From: a virus
Lineage: Duplodnaviria > Caudoviricetes
DNA length: 64,000 nt
IMG/VR virus record: IMGVR_UViG_2791355157_000004
Location: 9,313 to 73,312 of that record
Direction: 5' to 3' (one strand)
The position numbers were made by a program, and so were the translations under genes. The notes under the pieces were generated by a model. The model saw nothing but the letters and a program-made list of their open reading frames with translations. It ran no database searches and was not told where the DNA came from. Positions 56,852-64,000 of the stretch are shown here, one piece after another; the first letter of the stretch is position 1; each line of letters opens with the position of its first letter.

Positions 56852-56865
56852 GGTTTTCTCCGTGG

Positions 56866-59451
56866 TTATGCGGCTTCGGGCTGCATATGCGCAGCCGCCA
56901 GCTCAATGATTTTTTCTTCGGTAACCCCGTTGGGGATCACCATTTCGTTCGACCAGTCTGGGTAGAACACCGACAGATCGCCGCCGAGTTTGACCTCGTC
57001 GTGCCAGATGAGCGGGTCATCCTGCCACTCGACTTCCTTAACCAGCTCCTCGTTCATCCACCGTAATAAGTGTGAATTATTACGTACTAAGTAATACTGA
57101 GCATCGTGGATCTGGGCACAGGGGCGGATGTCATACTTCCACTCGCTCTCGCGCACCTTCTTCATAAACGCCATGGCCGAGCGGCTGTTGAGTAAACCCC
57201 AGCTCTGGCCCAGCGCATTGCCGGCGGTACGCCCTTCGGCTTCCGCTTCGTACGGCGTTCGGCTCGTGCCGAGCACGACCTGCGACAGCAGGGGCGTGCG
57301 AACGCGCAGGCCGAATGCAGCGGTGACATAACCATCGCTACAGGCCTGCTGTACTTGTTTGGCAACCCACTGATCACTCACCACATAGAGCTCGTGATAG
57401 CGTTTCTCGATCATCTGAGCGAAGTCTTTGGAGAAGCCTAAGCTTCCCATGAGCCCGTGATACGTCCCGCCATAGGTCAGCAGGAACGTCGGGGTTTTCG
57501 ACTTCTGGCGCCAGTCGGGGTATTTGTCCGCGATCGAATTCACGGACTCCACCGAGGTCGGGTCGATGTCAGGCATTTCGTCAGCAAAGTAGGCCTGCGC
57601 CCGCAGGCAGTGACCGTCGTAGCCGTCGGTGTATACCTTCAGCTTGTTCGGGTCTTTGGTGGTGAGCGCAGAGATGCGGTCTTCCAGGGACGAATAATCC
57701 AGGCCGACAAACAGCCAGCCTTCGGGGGCTGCAAACATCTTCTTGATGACTTTCGCGTACTTCGAGCCGGTGGCCGGCAGGTTCTGCAGGTTGGGGCCGT
57801 TACTCGACAGGCGACCGGAAACGGTGCCGCCGAGGTTGAAGTTCCCGTGCAGATAGTGCCAGCCGTCGGCCGCCTGTGGCGCTGCCTCAAATGCCGGGAT
57901 AAACGAGGTGAGGATCTTATCGACCGCTTTGAAGTCGATGAGCCCCTCAAGCAGCTGCTGTACGTCCGGGTCCTGCGTGTGATGGACCAGCTTCTTCAGC
58001 GTTTTGCCACCAGTGGCAGGGAGCTTCGAATCGGTATAGTCCAGCACCGGCAAACCAAGAACCTCATACAACAGCTTTTGCAGCTGCGGACCTGAGCCAG
58101 GGTTAAACACTTCTTTGGCGTCGTCGATCGTGACGCGCTTCTTCTTCAGCGTGGCGTTTTTCTCCGCCACCCACTCCTCATTCATGATGCGCGTGAAATT
58201 AAGCACCGCGTTGGATGAGCGGATGCGCTTAATCGCACTGTCGCGATCGGCCTCCAGCTGCACCTTACCGATTTTTACCTGCGCCATATCGAGCGGGAGC
58301 CCGGTCAGCTGCATCTGGATGATGTCCTTGATGGCAGGCTTGAACAGGTTCTCGTAGATATCGAGCTGGTTATCCTGAACCAGGGTATGCCAGTGTTTCT
58401 CCAGGGCAAACCAGGTTCCGAGACCATCGATAAGGTTGTACTGAAGCAACGTGTCAGGCTCAATCAGCGTGATGTCGTCAATGTCGCCCTGGGCATAGTT
58501 GCCACAGAACTCCTGAGCGACGTCTTTCAGACTGAGTTTGTTGCCGGCGCAGCTGTTGGTGGCCAGATACGTAATGAGTTTTGTGCAGTCCCAGTTGCGC
58601 AGCATGATGTCGAGACCCTGGATCAGACCCTGGGTGTCGAGCAGATCACGCATGAACAGCTGGTAAATCAGCACGTACGCATCGAATGAGATGTTGTGGT
58701 AAACCGCCCTGCCGAGCCAGTTCGTGAAGAACCACTTCAGCAGTGCGCGAACCTGACGGCGTTCCGCCTGGTTGCGCAGGTGATCAACACGAAAGGCGAT
58801 GCCTTCGTGCTTACTCCAGCAGAAGCAGATAGTGCCGATCCCCGCCTTGTAGTGCTTGAGCCCATAGGTCTCAATGTCCACAGTCAGGTCCGTCTTCTCC
58901 TGCCAGAACTTCGTCAGCCAGGTCTCGATTTCCGCCACCGTCTGCGGATAGTCCGCATAGTGGATGATGTCGATGCCAGGCGGCTGATACGTGTCCCGCA
59001 TCCCGTTGACCAGAGTCTCCAGCGCCGTGTCGATTTTCGGCTGCAGCGAGGGGTCATAGAACAGCCCGGAGTAGTTCGGGCAGTAAATGACGTTCATGTG
59101 CTCGAAGCCTTCGAACACACATTTCTCGATGTAGCCAATGTGGCGATCGGCTTTGGTGCATTTGGTCAGCGTCTTGAAATACTCGGCGTCACAGACGACC
59201 AGCCACTCCACCTGCAGGGCTGCAAGTGTCGGGAGCAGGTCAACGCTGAGGTACTCTTTCTGCCGGGTAGCGGGGGTTTTCTTCCCTGTTGTCAGCAGGT
59301 CGTAAGCCAGGATGGTGGAAGGGTGTACGCCCAGATTATTCAGGGGATCAACATAGTTGGCCCGCAGCTCCTTTTGACGGAGCTGGAGTGGTTTCGTGAG
59401 AAAACACACCGGGTACTTAGTCCCTTCCACGTCAAAAGTGGTGTAACGCAT
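56866..59451 (-). CDS. family A DNA polymerase (N4 gp39-like)
   Basis: Exo DIET; SGRLSS..PNLQN; motif A DYSSLE; RQKSK..TY; QIHDA. Confidence 0.96.
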   Translation of the reverse strand: MRYTTFDVEGTKYPVCFLTKPLQLRQKELRANYVDPLNNLGVHPSTILAYDLLTTGKKTPATRQKEYLSVDLLPTLAALQVEWLVVCDAEYFKTLTKCTKADRHIGYIEKCVFEGFEHMNVIYCPNYSGLFYDPSLQPKIDTALETLVNGMRDTYQPPGIDIIHYADYPQTVAEIETWLTKFWQEKTDLTVDIETYGLKHYKAGIGTICFCWSKHEGIAFRVDHLRNQAERRQVRALLKWFFTNWLGRAVYHNISFDAYVLIYQLFMRDLLDTQGLIQGLDIMLRNWDCTKLITYLATNSCAGNKLSLKDVAQEFCGNYAQGDIDDITLIEPDTLLQYNLIDGLGTWFALEKHWHTLVQDNQLDIYENLFKPAIKDIIQMQLTGLPLDMAQVKIGKVQLEADRDSAIKRIRSSNAVLNFTRIMNEEWVAEKNATLKKKRVTIDDAKEVFNPGSGPQLQKLLYEVLGLPVLDYTDSKLPATGGKTLKKLVHHTQDPDVQQLLEGLIDFKAVDKILTSFIPAFEAAPQAADGWHYLHGNFNLGGTVSGRLSSNGPNLQNLPATGSKYAKVIKKMFAAPEGWLFVGLDYSSLEDRISALTTKDPNKLKVYTDGYDGHCLRAQAYFADEMPDIDPTSVESVNSIADKYPDWRQKSKTPTFLLTYGGTYHGLMGSLGFSKDFAQMIEKRYHELYVVSDQWVAKQVQQACSDGYVTAAFGLRVRTPLLSQVVLGTSRTPYEAEAEGRTAGNALGQSWGLLNSRSAMAFMKKVRESEWKYDIRPCAQIHDAQYYLVRNNSHLLRWMNEELVKEVEWQDDPLIWHDEVKLGGDLSVFYPDWSNEMVIPNGVTEEKIIELAAAHMQPEAA

Positions 59452-59496
59452 AGGCCATCCATCCTGCGCATATCATCAGAAGGGGTGTATTTATAA

Positions 59497-59510
59497 TAGG
59501 ATTAATCCTA
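59497..59510. promoter_or_regulatory. perfect palindromic operator-like site
   Basis: TAGGATTAATCCTA, 45 nt upstream of DNA polymerase. Confidence 0.68.
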
Positions 59511-59549
59511 AAAGACAAAATCTTTAAAGTGGTCAGACCAGTCTTATAA

Positions 59550-60053
59550 CTAACTTAGGATAAATCGCATCCCGATATATTTAAGTTGTAGTTTCTTCAC
59601 CTCTTCCGTCAGCGGGTAGGTCACCTCGTCGGCAGCCGTTATGCCGTTAAGCGGCTCAAATGCACGGTCCGAGATAATGACGGAAAGCACCTCCTTCATC
59701 AGGTTGGCTCTGAGTTCGCCAAGCTTACGGGCACGGGGTAGCATGTTGCGGTACCAGCTCATGACAGTGTGGCTTTCGTGCTCAAAGGTGCGCTGCAGCG
59801 CCAGGTAATCCTCCATGCGCTCATGCAGCTCGTGGTGCAGCTGCGGCATGCGGTCATATTTGGCGCCGGCGCGGGACGGGAAAAAGCGATCGTCGTACAT
59901 GAAGCCCATGTCGCAGCCGTTCAGACGTTTGTGATCGCGGTGAATACCCTTCAGCAGATGCTCAAGGTGTGCGAAGGCGGGCCCGAACAGGACTTTGTGG
60001 ATCGCCCCCATGAAATAGTGGCTGTCGTACTCCTGGTAGCGTGACGTCTTCAT
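59550..60053 (-). CDS. hypothetical protein (position of N4 gp38)
   Basis: Between helicase and polymerase; ATGA overlap. Confidence 0.65.
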   Translation of the reverse strand: MKTSRYQEYDSHYFMGAIHKVLFGPAFAHLEHLLKGIHRDHKRLNGCDMGFMYDDRFFPSRAGAKYDRMPQLHHELHERMEDYLALQRTFEHESHTVMSWYRNMLPRARKLGELRANLMKEVLSVIISDRAFEPLNGITAADEVTYPLTEEVKKLQLKYIGMRFILS

Positions 60054-60508
60054 CGGCGCCCGCCCATTTCGCGGTGGATGGCCAGCGTCATGTTCCACAG
60101 GTTCTGCACGAAGCTGAACAGGTACATGTTGCGGTTGTGCGGCGCCCGGCTCACCGACGACTGCGGGTGAAACCGGATGTAGTGCTTCTCGAACACTTCG
60201 CGCAGCAGCTGCTCTGGCTGGTTCAGCCCTTCCGTCGGGACGCCCGTCTCGCTGATCACCACGTCATCGCGGACCTGCGCCCAGGGGTACCAGGCGTTCT
60301 CATGACTGTTGAAACGGGATATCACCCCTTTGGATTCTTTTACCAGCCCCATTTCAGCGAGCTTATTAACAAGGGCGTTAGGATTGCGGCCGTGAACTTC
60401 GCACAGCTGCTGCAGCGACATGCCGGCATCGAAGTCGCGCCGTAAGTCATAGCGCTGACGCTGATACCAGGGCTGCCCAAAATTGCGGTACATATCGCGT
60501 TTACTCAT
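60050..60508 (-). CDS. hypothetical protein, possible HTH
   Basis: GQPW..FDAGMSLQQLCEVHGRNPNALVNKL. Confidence 0.55.
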   Translation of the reverse strand: MSKRDMYRNFGQPWYQRQRYDLRRDFDAGMSLQQLCEVHGRNPNALVNKLAEMGLVKESKGVISRFNSHENAWYPWAQVRDDVVISETGVPTEGLNQPEQLLREVFEKHYIRFHPQSSVSRAPHNRNMYLFSFVQNLWNMTLAIHREMGGRR

Positions 60509-60522
60509 GAGACACCTGATAA

Positions 60523-60547
60523 AAAATAAAGGCCCCGAAAGGGGCCT
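60523..60547 (-). terminator. terminator
   Basis: AGGCCCC-TTTC-GGGGCCT followed by TTATTTTTT. Confidence 0.7.
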
Positions 60548-60555
60548 GGTTAACG

Positions 60556-60744
60556 TTACTTCCGCCAGCGGGCAAAGCCCTCAGCGAGAAAATAGATCCC
60601 GAGCAGTAGCGAGACGATCGCATGCCCGGCACAGGACACTTTGTGATGAGCGGTCGGGTACAGCAGAACCAGCAGAATGTGGTCTGACAGGAACCAGAAA
60701 CCTAACACCAGCTGAACGCTGATGGGTCGGGTAAAAAGCCTCAT
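60556..60744 (-). CDS. small two-TM protein
   Basis: ATGA overlap; two hydrophobic segments. Confidence 0.55.
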   Translation of the reverse strand: MRLFTRPISVQLVLGFWFLSDHILLVLLYPTAHHKVSCAGHAIVSLLLGIYFLAEGFARWRK

Positions 60745-60926
60745 GCTGCCTCACGGTACTGAGTGGCATAACGCCTGTTACAGTAAATGGCGCGGTTGGC
60801 GGCCCATTCCTTGTTTTCTGTTTTTCTGGCGTGCTTGTTAGCACTGATCCAGAGTTGGGCAGCAACTCCGTAACTGCCCAGTTTTTCCTGCTCTACGGCA
60901 CGTGCGGCCAGCTCAGCAAATGTCAT
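60741..60926 (-). CDS. small phage protein (ANR/PerC-like)
   Basis: AAQLW..A..A...NKEWAANRAIYC. Confidence 0.5.
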   Translation of the reverse strand: MTFAELAARAVEQEKLGSYGVAAQLWISANKHARKTENKEWAANRAIYCNRRYATQYREAA

Positions 60927-62224
60927 GCGGCGTTCCCCTGGTAGCGTGGTGGTAATTCCCCATACAGATAAACTTTCTTCGCAGCACGCGAATAAGCGAC
61001 GTACAGCATCCGGGCAGCTTGTGCAGGGTTATTACAGAGGCCGATGTCGCCAAGGTCGATATAGACCGTGTCATACGTCGATCCCTGGGCCTTATACACA
61101 GTGGCGGCCTGAGGCATACGCAGATCTGCATAGGTCTGTTTGAGGTTGAAATAGGTTCCCCACTGGCGGGCGTTAGCGAGCTGCTTGAGCGCCCAGGTGA
61201 CCTGCGAGAAGTCCACCGGCTGAATCAGCGTGCCGGCCGAGGTCTCCAGCTTATAAACGGGGATGTCCCAGCCCAGCGCCTTGAGCTGCGGGCACATGTA
61301 CTGCTCGCCGGTTTCACGCACCTCCACCACCTGCTCGATGCGGGTGCTGCGGTTCTTGCCTGAAACCACCACGTTGTTGCAGATCAGCGTTTCATGTTCC
61401 TGATACTGCGGCGGCAGCCCACGGGACTCACGGATGTAGGCGTTGTACGTCTGCACCCGGTTATTGGAAAACGCCAGGATGCGCTTATCGAGGCCATCCT
61501 GAAGCACGAAATCGTTATTGAGGCGGAACTGCATTTCTTCTGCAGACAGCAGGACGATGTCCTGACCGTCGGGGATCACCGGCGTAAACCGGCCGGACTT
61601 CACCACCTCGCGCAACTGGCGGCAGACGGCGCCCAGCGCCGGCACGCCGCGGTTGCGCACAACCTCTTCCATCTCTGCCATCTCGACCTGGTCGTCAGGC
61701 ATCGAGAACACTTCGCTCTCGTCTTCAAAGACGGAGGCCATCTGGCAGCGATCGCCCATGAACATCACTTTGCAGTTCACGGTGCTCTCTTTGATAATTT
61801 TCAGCAGCGCCCTGTCCACCATCGAGCATTCGTCGATGACGATCAGGGTGTTGCGCACGAGTTCGAAGTCGCGGGACTTCACCAGACGTGTCTGGCCAGT
61901 CTCGAAGTCATTCTTCAGGTTGAGCTTCAGAAAGCTATGGATGGTACCCACATCCTCAATACCCTTTACGCCACGCATTGCCTGCTGCATGACTTCAGCA
62001 GCTTTATTGGTGGTGGCGGTAATGGCCACCTTCTTGATTGGCTCACCGCCCATCAGCGCCAGGATACCGTTCGGGTTCTTCACGGCTTCCAGCATGTGCT
62101 TCAGGATGAAGGTCTTGCCAACACCTGCAGATCCGGACAGCACCATATACGGCTTATTTCCCAGCATGAAGGCAGTGAATTTGGCCAGTGCATTCCGTTG
62201 GTCGTTGGTCAGGGTTACGCTCAT
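60923..62224 (-). CDS. Dda/RecD-like SF1 helicase (N4 gp37-like)
   Basis: GSAGVGKT, DECSM, GDRCQ, KAQGSTYD, YVAYSRA. Confidence 0.93.
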   Translation of the reverse strand: MSVTLTNDQRNALAKFTAFMLGNKPYMVLSGSAGVGKTFILKHMLEAVKNPNGILALMGGEPIKKVAITATTNKAAEVMQQAMRGVKGIEDVGTIHSFLKLNLKNDFETGQTRLVKSRDFELVRNTLIVIDECSMVDRALLKIIKESTVNCKVMFMGDRCQMASVFEDESEVFSMPDDQVEMAEMEEVVRNRGVPALGAVCRQLREVVKSGRFTPVIPDGQDIVLLSAEEMQFRLNNDFVLQDGLDKRILAFSNNRVQTYNAYIRESRGLPPQYQEHETLICNNVVVSGKNRSTRIEQVVEVRETGEQYMCPQLKALGWDIPVYKLETSAGTLIQPVDFSQVTWALKQLANARQWGTYFNLKQTYADLRMPQAATVYKAQGSTYDTVYIDLGDIGLCNNPAQAARMLYVAYSRAAKKVYLYGELPPRYQGNAA

Positions 62225-62439
62225 TCAGTGACTCCCATGAGGTTCATGATGCCGAAGTGCGTAACCGCCTCGTCGGACAAAATAGTGAATTGGATGTCGT
62301 CCTTTTTCAGCGGACGGACAGAATCGGTGGTACCGCTCTCCAGCATTCTGGCGCTCTGCAGGCCAGCCAGAACCTGCATTCCGGCGTCGTAAGGCAGTAG
62401 CAGCTGGGTGGACCAGTTCATGCGGATCAGGACGTGCAT
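62221..62439 (-). CDS. hypothetical protein
   Basis: GGAG SD; GTGA overlap with the helicase. Confidence 0.6.
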   Translation of the reverse strand: MHVLIRMNWSTQLLLPYDAGMQVLAGLQSARMLESGTTDSVRPLKKDDIQFTILSDEAVTHFGIMNLMGVTE

Positions 62440-62565
62440 GGCAGAACTCCATAAAAAAGGGCCCCGCAGGGCCGGAGACAGAATTGGTAAACCGCGGCCG
62501 GCTTAACAATGCGTTCTCGCCGCCAGGCGGCTCTTCCCGGCAGAACCAGAAAGAGCGCGCCCGGA

Positions 62566-62916
62566 TCAGGCAGCGGTAATCAGCCCGCTGGCTATCTTTG
62601 CGCCGTAATCCGTTTCGATGGTGTTGATCGAAATGATGAGGTCCTTCACCACCTTCTCAGGTCGCTTCGCATCGGCAATGGCCGTCAAAACCCTGCGGGT
62701 TTTGGCCGTCATGCCTCGCTCGCGGAAGATCATGCTCCGGGCACACTGCGCAGCAGCGAAGTCGGGAGAAAGCGGACTGTTGTGAATACACAGCAGAATG
62801 GAGGTCACGAAACGGACCAGCTCATCGAGGTGTTGGGCATTATCAGAAGGGGGCATCGTGGCGAGGACGAACTGAATGTTGTCTGAGCACACGTCCCGGT
62901 AACGGGTTCTGGTCAT
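62566..62916 (-). CDS. hypothetical protein
   Basis: 1-nt overlap with the upstream ORF. Confidence 0.55.
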   Translation of the reverse strand: MTRTRYRDVCSDNIQFVLATMPPSDNAQHLDELVRFVTSILLCIHNSPLSPDFAAAQCARSMIFRERGMTAKTRRVLTAIADAKRPEKVVKDLIISINTIETDYGAKIASGLITAA

Positions 62917-63113
62917 CAGCGCTTCCTGTGAAGTTCAGCGCGCACTCGTTTCTCGTGATCTTCGCGGCACTCTTCGTCGCAGTAGATTCCGGGGACGGGT
63001 GCTTCGCAGTTGTAGCAGCTGCCGATCTTCGGCAGCACGGGTTTGCGGTGAGTCAGTGCAGCCTGGGTCATGGCTTCCACATGCTCGTTAGCTATATCAG
63101 CGACATCACGCAT
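62916..63113 (-). CDS. TraR/DksA-like C4 zinc-finger protein
   Basis: DVADIA N-terminal motif; CYNC...CDEEC. Confidence 0.6.
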   Translation of the reverse strand: MRDVADIANEHVEAMTQAALTHRKPVLPKIGSCYNCEAPVPGIYCDEECREDHEKRVRAELHRKR

Positions 63114-63115
63114 TT

Positions 63116-63129
63116 TAGGATTATTCCGA
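63116..63129. promoter_or_regulatory. palindromic operator-like site
   Basis: TAGGATTATTCCGA, 2 nt upstream of the TraR-like start. Confidence 0.58.
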
Positions 63130-63177
63130 TAGACAAAATAAGATACGCGATTTTACCCATCGTGATCGCAAAGTCCA

Positions 63178-63561
63178 TCAGGACATCATGAGTTCCTGCA
63201 TTTTTTCCCGGCCGAGGGCGCGGACGATCATGCAGGTGTCCACATCGAAGAGGCCGATGTGGCATTCCTTGGCGCTGATGCCCAGCTGCGCGGCCAGCCA
63301 CTCGTAGGCTTTGGTGCGGGACATGTAGCGGAGCTTCCAGATCTGATCGAAGGCGCCGTGCGCCTCTGACCGGGCATTACGCAGCTCAGAGTTGGCCAGT
63401 GAGCCGTACGGCTTTGTGGTGCCTTCATGGCAGCCCACATGGGCTTTGCAGGGCTCACAGCGCCAGAAGGCTTTATCTGTCAGCTGTGGCAGGTGCGGGA
63501 ACAGGGTCAGGCCATAGACAAGCTTCGGGGGTTTATTGCAGTACGGGCAGGGTTTACTCAT
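63178..63561 (-). CDS. DUF3268-like zinc-finger protein
   Basis: CPYC, C..C.AHVGCH, G.LAN..LR..R..AH..FD..W, CHIG.FD. Confidence 0.78.
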   Translation of the reverse strand: MSKPCPYCNKPPKLVYGLTLFPHLPQLTDKAFWRCEPCKAHVGCHEGTTKPYGSLANSELRNARSEAHGAFDQIWKLRYMSRTKAYEWLAAQLGISAKECHIGLFDVDTCMIVRALGREKMQELMMS

Positions 63562-63566
63562 GGGGG

Positions 63567-63797
63567 TTACTCCCTCGCCTCAAGCATGGAGGCCTCTAAC
63601 AGAAACATGCTGATCAGCGGGTTATCCACATCGACATCCCAGATGGGAGCGTCCGGATGCCCGATATTTTTGATGTAGGTGATCACGAGGTTCTTCGACG
63701 CTTCAAACGCGTCGGCGGAATCCAGTCTGAGCACGCTATAGCCGAAAGCGCTCATTCTGACCCGCTGGCCAATATGAAAGGGCGGGTGGATATTCAT
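63567..63797 (-). CDS. hypothetical protein
   Basis: FHIGQRVR SH3/KOW-like start. Confidence 0.55.
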   Translation of the reverse strand: MNIHPPFHIGQRVRMSAFGYSVLRLDSADAFEASKNLVITYIKNIGHPDAPIWDVDVDNPLISMFLLEASMLEARE

Positions 63798-64000
63798 TGG
63801 GGTACTCGCTGACTAAGGTGAAACTCCGGTGCCAGTCACTCAGCGGGCGGGACCAGTCGGTGCGGGTATCCGCATTCCGGTAAACCACCGTAGGGGGATA
63901 TTCCGCTTTTGTGCTGGTGGTGTTGGTTAACATTAAAACGAGGTAAAGGTTACCGTTACGGTGTCTCCAGGACTGACCTGGAATAACTGCGGGGTGCGGC
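63736..64000 (-). CDS. DUF1653-like protein, 5' end outside the window
   Basis: WRHRNGNLY..VVYRN..WSRPL..F. Confidence 0.5.
   Translation of the reverse strand, partial: PHPAVIPGQSWRHRNGNLYLVLMLTNTTSTKAEYPPTVVYRNADTRTDWSRPLSDWHRSFTLVSEYPNEYPPALSYWPAGQNERFRL

Noticed and set aside
1-64000. Integrase, parAB or rep genes confirming a temperate lifestyle
   Set aside because: None recognised in this window; part of the middle region lies outside it, so the lifestyle claim remains inference

Overview
The window is about 64 kb of an N4-like (Schitoviridae) podophage genome. An AmsF/WceF-like spike suggests an Erwinia/Pantoea-type host (inference). N4 hallmarks are recognisable: a ~3,470-aa virion RNA polymerase, the two-subunit RNAPII, gp1/gp2-like early genes, four vRNAP hairpin promoters, terminase, portal, major capsid, family A DNA polymerase, primase, SSB, helicase and ThyX. 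Gene order runs through the usual genome-end region (~13.5 kb), so the sequence is circularly permuted or end-joined. Unusual content: (1) a 14-bp palindrome T(A/C)GGAWWWWTCC(T/G)A found at least 9 times, mostly just upstream of key operons, one copy next to an XRE-like HTH gene; (2) a LexA-boxed umuD'-like gene plus a mazEF pair inserted between the two RNAPII genes, which hints at a temperate or phage-plasmid state; (3) two paralogous mini-gene families in the early region (nine Cys4 proteins and about 15 Glu5/Asp5 proteins) that share an N-terminal leader and a fixed 14-nt gene overlap; (4) Tad2-like and Acb4-like anti-defence sponge genes; (5) a candidate structured ncRNA. All family assignments come from recalled motifs and synteny; no database searches were run.
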